Source: Eledone cirrhosa
Taxonomy: Eukaryota
Direction: 5' to 3'
NCBI GenBank assembly: GCA_964016885.1
Contig: OZ024743.1
Span: 26,970,001 to 27,034,000, forward strand
DNA length: 64,000 bases
This document shows, piece after piece, positions 1 to 11,192 of the stretch (positions are counted from its first letter, which is position 1; each line of letters starts with the position of its first letter). The position numbers and the translations under genes were made by a program. The notes under the pieces are model-generated. The model did not search any database. It was not told the origin of the DNA and saw only the letters and a program-made list of their open reading frames with translations.

Positions 1-5
1 TTAAT

Positions 6-3000
6 TTACAGATATATACTCAGAGTAGGCCCATTCACTCGGGCCATTCTTGCTTCTCTCACCCATCTTTCAACAAAATGCTGGGATGAGAGCACTTCCC
101 TCTCTACTCTGATTTTCCTTTTCAAATGAAATTTGAAAAAGTCAATCAGAGCATCACCGAAGAGGTAAGTGCTCGTCTTCAGCCCTTTCAAACGTGTCCA
201 CCATACTATCTCTTTCGCCATGGCCACCAGACAGATAAAAACTGCCTGCCCTTCCCGGCTAAAGGAGGAGGGCGGGGCAATCCTCACGATGGACTCAGAT
301 GATAGCTGGATCCGTCCTAAACGCGACAGCAGGTGTTCGACATAAACCCACAAGTCAGCAATTTTCGGACACTGGACGAGTGCGTGCAGGACGGTTTTGT
401 CGCCCTGCGCGCATCTCGGACATGCCCGGCTGACGGCACCTCCATGCCTGTAAAGTTTATCCCGAACTGGCAAAGCACCCCGGTAGCACTGCCAGGCCAG
501 GGATTTCTGGAAGTTGTCCATAGGCCCCGGCCCGAAAGTCCTTCCGAAGAGATTGGCTAGTTGATTTTCGTCGACCCTAGAGTTTCTCCAAGTATGTCGT
601 CGCTCTTCCCCTCCACTAATCCCCTATAGAACGCCAATGTGGAGTTTCCACCGATCACATTGCCCGATTGGTCGAGGGCTGTGAGCGCCTGAAGACATTC
701 CAGTCTCCAAGCGCTCCCTCTCGGTCTTCGCTTGACCCAGGACTGCAGCTCCGTCAAGGAGACGAGCTGGGGAAAAACGTGTCTAGCAAACGGCGACCAC
801 ACCTGATCACCGTCGAGGAAGAGGTGGAGATGTCGTAGCCTGAGCGCGTGTCTGCGCATCATCAGCCACGGCATGCCCAGCCCTCCACGTAGCGGGTGTT
901 GACAGCAGATGGACCGCCTGACCATCGGAGCGCGTCCCTTCCACAAGAAGCGAAAGAGCAAACGCTCCAGCGCAGTCAGCGGGGCTTAGGACAAGGTACG
1001 ACGGCCAGGCGGTAGTAGATGACGGACGCGATGTACGCGTTAGCCACCTCCGCTCGACCTTTCAGAGATAGCTTCCTCTCAGCCCATTTCTGGGTGAGAG
1101 AAGCCACCCTGCTCGTCACTTCGTCCCAGTTTTTGTCCGTCTGGAGGTCTGGACCGAACCAGACCCCTAGCAATTTAACCGGTCCGTCCGTCCAGCGCCC
1201 GACGACGCTGTTGGATGGCATGGACCTGCCTCTCCAGGTGCCGAGCTGCAGGCCCACTGACTTTTCCTGGTTGATCATTGCTCCTGTCACCGCTTCGTAT
1301 TCTCTTAGTGTAGTGCCGATCGCCTCGATGTGTTTGGCGTTCGACACCACTACGGTGACATCGTCGGCATATGCTGACACGGATCTTCCGCATCCTAGTT
1401 CGCGCGGGACCCCCCTCAACGTCTCCAGTTTGTGCAGTAATGGCTCGAGAGTCAATACGTACAATAGGGACGAGAGGGGACATCCTTGGCGGACCGAGCG
1501 CATGATGTTGAACGGTTCCGAAAGGTGACCGTTCACTCTCACTACAGAGCAGATGTCGCTGTGCATGGCAGCGATCCAGCCTCTGAAGACGGGCCCAAAG
1601 CCAGCCGCCCTCAGGACTGCCGCTAGGTAACGATGGTCGACCCTATCGAAGGCTTTCGACTGATCTAAATTGATCAAAGACCCACCCGTGCCAGGTTCCC
1701 TAGCTACCCTCTCTACGATGTATCGCATGAGGTGGAGGTTGTCGTGGATAGATCTGTCGGGAATGGCGCATGTCTGTGCCTCTCCCACCAGACCACCAAC
1801 GACAAGCGCCAACCTCTTTGCTAGCACCTTGGCCAAAATCTTGAACTCTGTGTTTAGCAGAGTTATGGGCCTAAAATTATCTATGTTATCCCCCTTGTTC
1901 GGATCCTTTCTCAGCAGCGCCACCGCTCCTCGGCTCACAGAGCTGGGAATTCTCCCGTTCTGTTGCCAGTTGCAGTAGACGTCCGCCAAGAGGCCTCCGA
2001 ACAAGTTTGGCATTTGTACGTAAAGTTCATAGGGCAGACCATCCAAACCAGGCGATTTACCCCTTGTGCAGCCAGTCATTGCCTCCCGTACTTCAGCGGC
2101 TGTTATCAGCTTATCGCAACACTCCGACTCAGTGGCCGAGAGCCGCGGCAGTCCGTCGAGGTAGACACTAAAGTCCATCCCTCGACCCGGCCCACCGCTT
2201 CCCCCGAACAGCTGAGCGAAGTGTCGCTGAAAAGCTTCACACATTTTCCCGGGATCGAGTAGCATGCGCCCGTCATGGTCCACCAAAGACCGGATCGTAG
2301 CTTTGTTGCCACGACGCGCCTCCGCCACTCGGGCCCATTGAACGGCTTTCGTCCCTTCGTGTCTGAGAGCACGCACCCTAGCTCTGACAACGCAGCCTTC
2401 GTGCTTTGCATTGAAGAATTGGTCAAGGGCCAATTTCGCTGCAAGCACATCGGTCGCAATGCCTTTACTAAGCGCCTCGTCTAATTTTTTAACTAGTTCT
2501 CCCTCTGCTCTATTTTTCTCTATTGCTAAAGCCTTACTAAACCTAATGGATTCTATTCTAATCGCTCTTTTCAGAGCAAACCACCACTTGTTGTTGACGA
2601 TGGCCCCCGTCAACGCTCGCTTAACTAGTTCGCTAATCCGGTCTTTGTAGGCATTGCGCGCTGGTAAGGACGCGTTTAGCTTCCAGTAGCCGGGTCCTCG
2701 TCTATGAAGCCTATCTAAGTCAAGCACACAGATCACGAATTTGTGGTCCGTGTAGCTGACTATCTTGAATTGTGGACAGCCTATGCTAGACCTATCTATA
2801 TCCCTACAAAATACTCTATCTAGATATGATCTGGATGACCCTATGCGATTTGTTCAAGTCCACATTGGCACATTCGGGAAATCCAATCGGTACCTGTCAG
2901 ACAGTTCAAAACGCCTGAGCAGGTTGGTGAGGCTCTTGCACCCTTCACCCCTATCCGCTAATCCCACACAGTCCCAGCGTGCATCTAAGATCCCGTTCCA

Positions 3001-3423
3001 GTCGCCCACTAACACTAAAGAGCGGGACGTTCCAAGAAAGGTCTCCAGACGCCGGAAGAAATCAGGCCGCCCTGCTCCTGTCGGGGCATATACAGCCACT
3101 AGCCTGAAAGCTTGCCCGTCTCCGCTGGTCATGTCCAGCACCACCAACTTACCCTCCGGGTCCAGGAAGATGGCCCGTATGGCGAGATCCAAACCTCTCC
3201 TAAAAAGCACAGCAACTTCTCCCCCCGATCCAGGACGGCTGGGAGATGCGTACACATCGTAGCCGCCGAAGATCGGTGCGAAGGCCCGTGCTTCGGAGAT
3301 TCTGGTCTCGCTGATGGCCACTACATCTATGTTTAGTGACCTGAGGTCGTTGAGCAGGTGACCCTACTTCCATGACGACCCCAAGCCACGCGCATTTATG
3401 CTGCCTATTCTGAGTGAGGTCAT
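6..3423 (-). pseudogene. ORF2 (APE endonuclease + reverse transcriptase + CCHC zinc finger), disrupted
   Basis: ATG at 3423 (MTSLRIGSINARGL). Motifs VAVYAP, GDWN, SYLDR, TDH, KSPGLDG, FRPITLLN, SKAFDRV, RQGCPLS, AYADD, CPRC..HALVQC. Premature stops near 3364 and 2854; frameshifts near 976 and 557. Confidence 0.9.
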
Positions 3424-3457
3424 GTTGAAATGGAGTGGAAAAGATGGGAAAGACCAC

Positions 3458-5693
3458 TTACCGTACTTTTCGTAGAGGAAGGATGGTTTCTCCATCCCTT
3501 TTCACTTGATCGTCTGGTGAAGGGACCGTTGAATCGTCCTTTCGGCTGGTCGTCGGCTCTTCTGTGAGTATATCTGAATATATTCTCCGGTTGAGTGTCC
3601 CTCCTAGGTCTCTGAAATCACCAACTGCATTGGGGAATTTCGTTTTAATGTTTGTGTATTGTTTCTGTGCTATTCTTACCAGTCTTATGTTCGTTGGTGT
3701 TTTGATTGGTGCTGGTATTATGTAGTCGTGCTGTGAAATGTCTGTGTTCAATTATGTAAGTCATTAGTTTCTTGTTGTGTGTATTTATTGCTGTGCATTT
3801 GTTTTTCTGGGGGTGGGGTGTGGTTCTGCTATTTTCTTGTCGTTGTTGCTGGGTGTGTGTGTTTTGTTGTTCTGTTTGCGATGTTGGTGCTTGTGGTGGT
3901 GGTGTTGAAGGTGTTTTTGTTGTTAGCGGTGGGGTTGCCGTCGGTGGTGATGGTGGTACTAGTGTGGGTGGTGATGGTGTTGGTGGTGTTGTTGCTGTAA
4001 GTCTCTTTGCAGTAGCCTTTACCCTTTTTTCATCCCCCCCCCGTTTTCGAAGGCGACGATGCGCTGCTTCTGCGTTTGTGCCTTCTTGCGACCTTTTGCC
4101 ATCTCTTTCCCACCTCGCACTCCATGTCCGATTCTGTGAGGTCAGGGAGGGGTACCAGCTCCACTCTTTCACTTGTTGTTGTTGGTGATGTTTGCAGTGG
4201 AGTCTCTGTTGCAGCTGCAGTTGGTATTGCTGTTGTTGTTGTTAATACTTCCACTGCTGCTGCTGTTCTTGACTTCCGTGGCGTGGGTGTGGGTGCCACG
4301 GACCTATCCTTCCTGGTTGCCGCCTGTCCTGTTGCTGGTAGCCGCCTGTCCTGTTGCTGGTAGCAGTGGAGCCGATTTCGGAAGGAGGGGGCTTTTCTCC
4401 TTTCTCAGGGTGTTCTCATTGCAGAAGGCCCTGAGGTGAGTCTTCGATCCACAGCGAAAGCATTTCGGGCGTTTGCCCTCAACACTTATGGGAAGTTGAG
4501 TGCCGTTATCGAAGTCTATCACATCCGGGATAGCTTCGATGCACTCCTGGTTGGTTTGGATTAACATCTCAATGGAGGTCCCGACCCAATCTTCTCGTAT
4601 TTTTTCTGTACTTGCAGTACAGTTGTTTTGTCCTCGATTCCTACGAGGACAGACGCGGCCAGCTAAGAAGGGGCCATCCCGGGGGGGGGGGGGGGGGGAC
4701 GTGGGTCAGTTTGACACTCACAATTTTTTGTCCGCAGTAGGAGGGCACCAACACCATTTCCTCGCTCCTTAGGGTTACTAAGGATTGAGCCTTTGCCTCC
4801 TGGGGTGTGGCAAAAAGCACGTCTACGGTGGCATATTTCTTGCCTCGGGTGATATGCGTTTTCCGCTGCCACACAGATCCTAAGGCTTTTTGTATTTGAG
4901 CCTCTGTGGCTCTTTCAACCCTACGGGATTTTGTGCTTACTGTACGGTACGTGACCGTACAGTGCTGTTGGGTTTCGAAAAATTTTTCGGCTGCCTTGCA
5001 GATTGCTCGGTGTCCGGTTTTCGTCACCATCTCCTTCGCTTCCTGTAATTCCTCATTTGTTATGAGGATGGTTTCCAGGTTCTTTGCGATACCTGCAAAC
5101 GAGATTGGTTTTTCTTTTCTGCTGTTGTTGTTGTTGTTGTTGTTGTCGTCAGAGCTGCTGTTACTTTTTTTGTTGCTGTAGGTACTACGACTACTGCCGC
5201 CGCCGCCGCTGTTGCTGTGGTTGTTGTTGTTGTTGCTGCTGCTGCTGTTGTTGTTGCTGTTGCTGCTAATGCTGTTGTTGTTTATGCTGCTGATGCTGTT
5301 GCGGCTGCTACTGTTGTTTTCCTTGTCACTGTTGCTGCTGCTGCTGTTATTACAGCTGCTACTGCTATTGTTCATGACGTCAGATGAATGAAATGGGTTT
5401 CCGTATTTACCGCACACATTTTTCGTCGTCGTCGTCGTCGTGGAGAAATGTTCCACGTTTTGCACGTGATCTTGGAAACTATCAGAAACTAAATTTTTCT
5501 TTTTCTTTACTGGCGTCGCTTGCGAAAGAGAAGGGAGGGAGAGAGACACATTTAGAGAAGGGAGGGAGAGAGACAATCTTCTCTCTGCTGTAGTGACGAT
5601 TGAGGAAGAAGAAGACGGAATGAGTGGGAGTGACTTGTGAAAATTCTTTTTTGTAGCCATGTTGTTTTGGTTTAAAATAAATACTGGGCACAA
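3458..5693 (-). pseudogene. ORF1 (gag-like nucleic-acid-binding protein), frameshifted
   Basis: Asn/Ser-rich N-terminus, ISFAGIAK motif, ISVEGKRPKCFRCGSKTHLRAFC knuckle, Thr/Pro-rich linker. Frameshifts include the G-run at 4681-4698 and a 22-bp tandem duplication near 4319-4362. Confidence 0.8.
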
Positions 5694-5873
5694 AACCCCA
5701 ATAAGCGGTTATTTAACCCCGAAGGGCCAAATAACGGACAGAAAGACCCCTCTCACGAGGAGGAGGGTGTTTTTGTCTACAATTTGGTTAAAGTTTTAAA
5801 CATTTTACAATTGTTATAACGGTTAAAATTTACTATACCTTACAGAGCCGAGCCTCCGTCAACCATGGCATAC

Positions 5874-5905
<32 letters not shown>

Positions 5906-6910
5906 AATTATTGTGAACAGTGCTCAGGTGCACTACAACTCATCAATGGTGCATGTATAGTACATAGAATAATGTACAAATGTCAGGAAAATGACCAGTG
6001 TACGAGTCATGAAATTCATGTGTGCATGTGTATGGAAGGGGGACAGCAGGTGTAGTGTTGGTGAATCTTAGGAAGCATGGAGGTTTTAAAGGATGCAGTG
6101 TCTCGACAGCTAACAACTGATGCAGGTAGCTTGTTTCATGTTTCAGCAACTCTGAGCATGAAAAATTGTTTCTGAAAGTCATGGGAGCTCTGCTGTTTTC
6201 TGACTTTGTAGACATGCTCACGTGTGTTAGACACATGGAAATCAAAAAATTGCTCAGGGTTGTTGTTGGCGAGATGGTTAATGATTTTGTGGGTGTTTAC
6301 CAAGTCAGTTGTCAGACGTCGGAGCTTCAATGTATCCATGCCCAGGGAAGCAAGGCGTTCAGAGTATGGCAGATGCCTGATGGAGGGTATTCGCTTGGTT
6401 GCACGTCTCTGAACAGTTTCCAGGAGATCAATATCATGCGTAAGATAGAGGTTCCAGACTGGTGATGCAAATTCTAAGTGTGGCCACACCATAGCTTTAA
6501 ATATACAGCTTTAAATAGATAGGTGGAGAGCAGCTGACAAAGGCCTTGCTGAGTGATGCTAAAACACCATTGACAATTTTAGAGATGTGCTTTGTCCGAC
6601 ACAAATCGCTGCTGACCGTAATGCCCAGGTCACGTTCACCAGAAGACTTCTTGATATCAGTGTTGTGGAGGGAGTATTTGGATGCTGGGTTTTTACTCAA
6701 AATGCATGGTGGTATATTTGTCCGCAGCCAACTTGAGTTGCCAATCAATGCTCTATTGTTACATTGTGTCCAGGTCTGATTGCAGGAAAGATCTATAGTG
6801 TTCAGGATCTGTCCTTTTTATCTCAAGGCCATCTGCATATTTCAGTACTGTGGCATTCTTTAAGTTGGCATCTTTGTCATTAATATATGCCACAAACAAA
6901 AGGGGGCATG
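5874..6910 (-). mobile_element. CR1-clade LINE 3' fragment with (TTA)n tail
   Basis: Translations (PHLEFASPVWN, ETVQRRATK, YSERLASLG, FFMLRVAE) nearly match the 8950-11192 copy in inverted orientation; tail at 5874-5903. Confidence 0.88.
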
Positions 6911-7147
6911 ATCTTCTTGATGGAGCTATAAAAGCATTTTTAAGTGTACCTCTTAAGCTGTGACTGACTTCAAATTCAGATTACATAATCAGTTATTGGA
7001 TTCTTGTCTGTGGTAATCGTTTTCAAAAGCCATAGCCATCAGAGTTGATGTTTTTCAATGATGGTTTGAATTATCATGGATTTATTCTTGCCAGTACATT
7101 GTTGTTTGTGACATAACCATCCAGTTTGACATTCATTATTGATCACG

Positions 7148-7332
7148 GTGAATTGGCAGTATTGGTAGAGGGTTGGACGCCATGCTTTCTAGCATAGTTA
7201 CGTCCCTTTACAGTCTGAGTTCAAATCCTACCGAGGTTAACTTTGCCTTTCATCCTTATGGGGTCAATAAAATAAAGTACCAGTAATGTACTGGGTAATT
7301 GCTAGCCTTGTGCCTAAAGTAGAAGCAATTAT
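7148..7332 (+). mobile_element. tRNA-derived SINE, family A
   Basis: A-box TGGCAGTATTGG, B-box GTTCAAATCC, body CCTTTCATCCTT..GGGTC.ATAAAATAAAGTACCAGT, end GCCTTGTGCC.AAAGTAGAA.CAATTAT; more than 10 related copies in the window. Confidence 0.85.
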
Positions 7333-8151
7333 TGATCACACTTTTGCCTGGGGAAATCTTTTAAGTCAACATATTTGATGTTGATATGATATCTTATTCT
7401 CTGAACTAGTAACATACATACCATGTTTACCCTTACCTATTGGATTTATTTTTCTTCATTTCTATTTTGCCACCCCAGCATCATAGTAAACATGTAACCT
7501 GGAATGCCTTCTAAACTATGTTATTCTTGCAGTTGTCATCCTGCAAAAGGTGTCACCAACTTGTGAAACCTTCCTAAGTGTATCTCTTTTACTCTTTCTT
7601 TTTTTTTTATTGGTTTCAGTCATTAGACAGTGGTCAAACTGAGGTAGTACCTTGATTTAGTCAATCATATCATGTCCAGGAATTATTTCTCTCAAATTTG
7701 ATACTTATTTTATTGATCACTTTTTTTTAGAACTGCTAAATTATGGGACATAAAAACCATCATCATCACCATCGCTGTTTTGTGTCTGTTTTCCACTGTA
7801 AACACAGTTATAAACTCAGACACACATATGTAGATATGATGGGCTTTCACATAGTTTCCAGCTTTTAAATTTCACTCACAAGGCATCCATTAACCCAAAG
7901 TTATAGTAGGAGACTGTTTCCTAAGGTGTCACACTGTGGAATTGAACTTTTCCACATTTTATGGCTAAATAATAGGAAAAAATGCTCCGTTTCACAAAAA
8001 AATAAAAAAGAGAAAGAAAAAGCAAGTAAAGAAAAAAAAGTGAAGAAAATTAATTTTTGTTGAAATTAAATTCTGTACTGAGAAAACAGTTTAGAATATA
8101 ATTTAATGTTTTTCCATTATTTTTCTTAATGTTTTTGTCTAAGTTCAAACT

Positions 8152-8243
8152 ATGAAAGATTACATTTTCTTATGGCTTTGCTTGTCTGTTGTTATTCTAG
8201 ATATTGAAACAGAGCAGAATATAAAACTTAGTATTTCCAGCAG
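8152..8243 (+). CDS. Possible first coding exon of a secreted protein (weak)
   Basis: Pyrimidine tract 8105-8140, ATG at 8152, MKDYIFLWLCLSVVILDIETEQNIKLSISS, then CAG|GTATTG donor-like site. No downstream exon found. Confidence 0.18.
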
Positions 8244-8678
8244 GTATTGATTACAATTGTAATGTATATCTTTACCACTGATAATTAGTTTATGCTGTTT
8301 CCTTAGCAAATTATAATTTGTTATGATAGTCTGCAGAATTGTTCCTATTCACAGAAAACAAACACAAACAGAAATAATAGCGAGACTAAAATGTTTTGAA
8401 TAGTTCAAATGTTATTTTTTTTTCCTTTATTATTTTTGTAAACAATCTAATTGGTTTGTTTAATTAAATTGTGGAACTTGTTTTGGTTAATCCATTTTGT
8501 TTTGTTCGTCAGTTATATTGAAGATAATTAATGACCAAATGGATGGGTTTTAAGCTTCTGGAGGAAATGGGATCCTAACATTTGTGTTCAGTCATATTCT
8601 CAGTAAAGCACCAACCTCATCACATATACTCAATGTTATGCTGCCAATACACTTGACATTTTCTACTCTATGGTCTAA

Positions 8679-8899
8679 CCCTTTAACATTTAAACCGGCC
8701 ATATCCAGCCAGAATTCTGTCACCTCTTTTTGTTCAAACCGGTCATAACCGGTCGTTCATACCTCATTATAGTATTGTTCTCAAAATAAATAATATCAAA
8801 ATCTCATAGATTCGATATTATATGAGATAATTAAGTAAGATAAAGCATTTTCTGTGAAAAAAACACTAGTAAATATAGAGTTATGTGAATGCTAAAGGG
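8679..8899. mobile_element. piggyBac-type MITE, family 1
   Basis: Termini CCCTTTAACATT...AATGCTAAAGGG flanked by CTAA/TTAA; second copy at 33511-33729. Confidence 0.8.
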
Positions 8900-8949
8900 T
8901 TAAACCTGAGACTGCATATTTTTACCTTATAATAATGTTCATTGCATCT

Positions 8950-11192
8950 TGTTTTACTTCCAAGCGGAAAAATAACCACCCCAAAAGTGCAATTTGGGAA
9001 ACTTCAGCGGTCCGACTTGCCAGGAAAGAACGTCGGAACGCTGAACGGGAATATAAACTGCATAAATCAGATGCCAACAGAAAAAAGCGGAATAAATTTT
9101 CTAACCATCTCAAGCAAGTGACAAAGAAGGCAGTGCTTGAATTTGAACAGTGCATAGCAACCAATCCTGACAGTAAGGTGTTCTGGAAATATGTCCATTC
9201 AAAGCAGAGACCTCACTCGCCAGTTGGTCCTCTTCGCAATCCCCACACAAGCCAGATCGATCACTGACGATCCCAAAGAATGCGCAGAACTCATTGCTGA
9301 GTGCTATGCAAGTATTTTTACTGTTGAAAACCAGAATGTACCATCTCCACCATCTCTAACATCAAATTCCATAACAACTAGGGAATTTACACCTGCAATG
9401 TTGCGACGTCACCTTAAGAATAAGCGCAACTATGCCTCCCCTGGTCTTGATGGTGTGACATACCTGCTTCTCAAATGTGGCGGGTATTTCCTTTTGCACC
9501 AGCTTTCTTTCTTCTTTCAATACTGTCTCAACAATGGTGCTACTCCGGAGCAGTGGAAAAATGCCAGTGTCATTCCCCTGTTCAAAACGGGCAACCGCAT
9601 GTCATCTGTCAACTATCGTCCAGTCAGTCTTACTAGCTGTATGGCCAAACTGATGGAATCCTGTGTCAGAGAAACACTTTGGAACTTCTGGAGCTCTCAC
9701 AGCCTCATCCGGCCCTCACAGTTTGGATTTATCCCTAACTCCAGCTGCTGTGATCAGCTTATCGAGTTCCTTGAAGACATCACCCGAATCACTGACAGCG
9801 GCTCATGGGTGGATGTTGTTTACCTTGACTTTGTAAGGCTTTTAATTCTGTGCCACACAAAAGACTTATGGCAAAACTCTCTGCAATGGGTGTGAGGGAT
9901 GATCTTTTCGACTGGTTGAAATCCTTCATTCTCAGCCGAAAAGAAGTAGTCACGGTTCTAGGACAGCATTCTTCACCATATGAGATGTCATCTGGTGTAC
10001 CACAGGGATCTGTTCTTGGTCCCCTTTTGTTTGTGGCATATATTAATGACATAGATGCCAACTTACAGAATGCCACGGTACTGAAATATGCAGATGACAT
10101 CAAGCTGTACCTTGAAATCAAAAGGACTGATCCTGAAATTTACAACTCTTTCCTACAATCAGACCTGGACACAATGCAGCAATGGATCACAGACTGGCAA
10201 CTGAAGCTGGCTGTGGACAAGTGTACCACCATGCATTTTGGAAGGAAAATCCAGCGTCCACATACTCCCTCCACAACACTGATATCAAGAAGTCCTCTTG
10301 TGAACATGACCTGGGCATTACTGTCAGCAGTGATTTGTGTTGGACAAAGCATGTCTCTAAGATTGTCAAGAAGGCCGAGGGTGTCTTGGCATCACTCAGC
10401 AAGACCTTTGTTAGCCGCTCTCCAGCCATCTATTTAAAACTGTATACAGCTATAATACGACCACACTTGGAATTCGCATCATCAGTCTGGAACCCCTATC
10501 TTGCTCAGAACATTGACCTCCTGGACACTGTTCAGAGACGTGCAACCAAGCGCATACCCTCCATCAGACACCTACCATACTCTGAACGCCTTGCTTCCCT
10601 GGGCATGGATTCATTGAAGCTCCGACGTCTGGCAATGGACTTGGTGAATACCCACAAAGTTATTAACCATCTCGCCAATTGCAACCCTGAGCACCTTTTT
10701 GATCTCCATGTGTCTAACACACGTGGACATGCCTACAAAATCAGAAAACAGCACAGCTGCCATGACTTTCGTAGACATTTTTTCACACTCAGAGTTGCTG
10801 AAGCATGGAACAAACTGCCTGCATCAGTTGTTAGCTGCCGAGACACTGCATCCTTTAAGACACTCATGCTTCCTGAAATACGCCAAAACTACACCTGATG
10901 TACCCCTTCCATACACATGCACACATGTGTGTATCATGACTCATGCACTGTTCATTTTACTGATGTTTGTGCATTGCCCTATGTACTGTACATGCACTTT
11001 TTGATGAGTTGTGGTGCACCTGGGCACTGTACACAATATTTCATTATTATTATTATTATTATTATTATATCATGACTCATACACTGTTCATTTTCCTGAC
11101 ATTTGTACATTATTCTATGTACTATACATGCACCTTTGATGAGTTGTAGTGCACCTGAGCATTGTACACAATAATTTCATTATTATTATTAT
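8950..11192 (+). mobile_element. CR1-clade LINE, 5'-truncated, RT domain frameshifted, 3' end duplicated
   Basis: SPGLDG, NYRPVSLTS, QFGF, DVVYLDF, SGVPQGSVLGPLLF, KYADD, LEFASSVWNP, FFTLRVAEAWNKLP. (TTA)n tails at about 11044-11070 and 11180-11192. Confidence 0.92.

Larger units (their letters stand above)
1..5873 (-). mobile_element. Tx1/L1-clade non-LTR retrotransposon, copy A (5' end present; 3' UTR runs off the window start)
   Basis: ORF1 with CCHC knuckle (CFRCGSKTHLRAFC), then ORF2 with APE endonuclease, RT and C-terminal CCHC. Protein-level homology to the element at 17451-23296. 5' end abuts (AAT)10 at 5874-5903. Confidence 0.92.

Noticed and set aside
333-5593. Many plus-strand ORFs overlapping Tx1 copy A (likewise 17583-23087 for copy B)
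   Set aside because: Antisense shadows of GC-rich retroelement coding sequence or low-complexity tracts.
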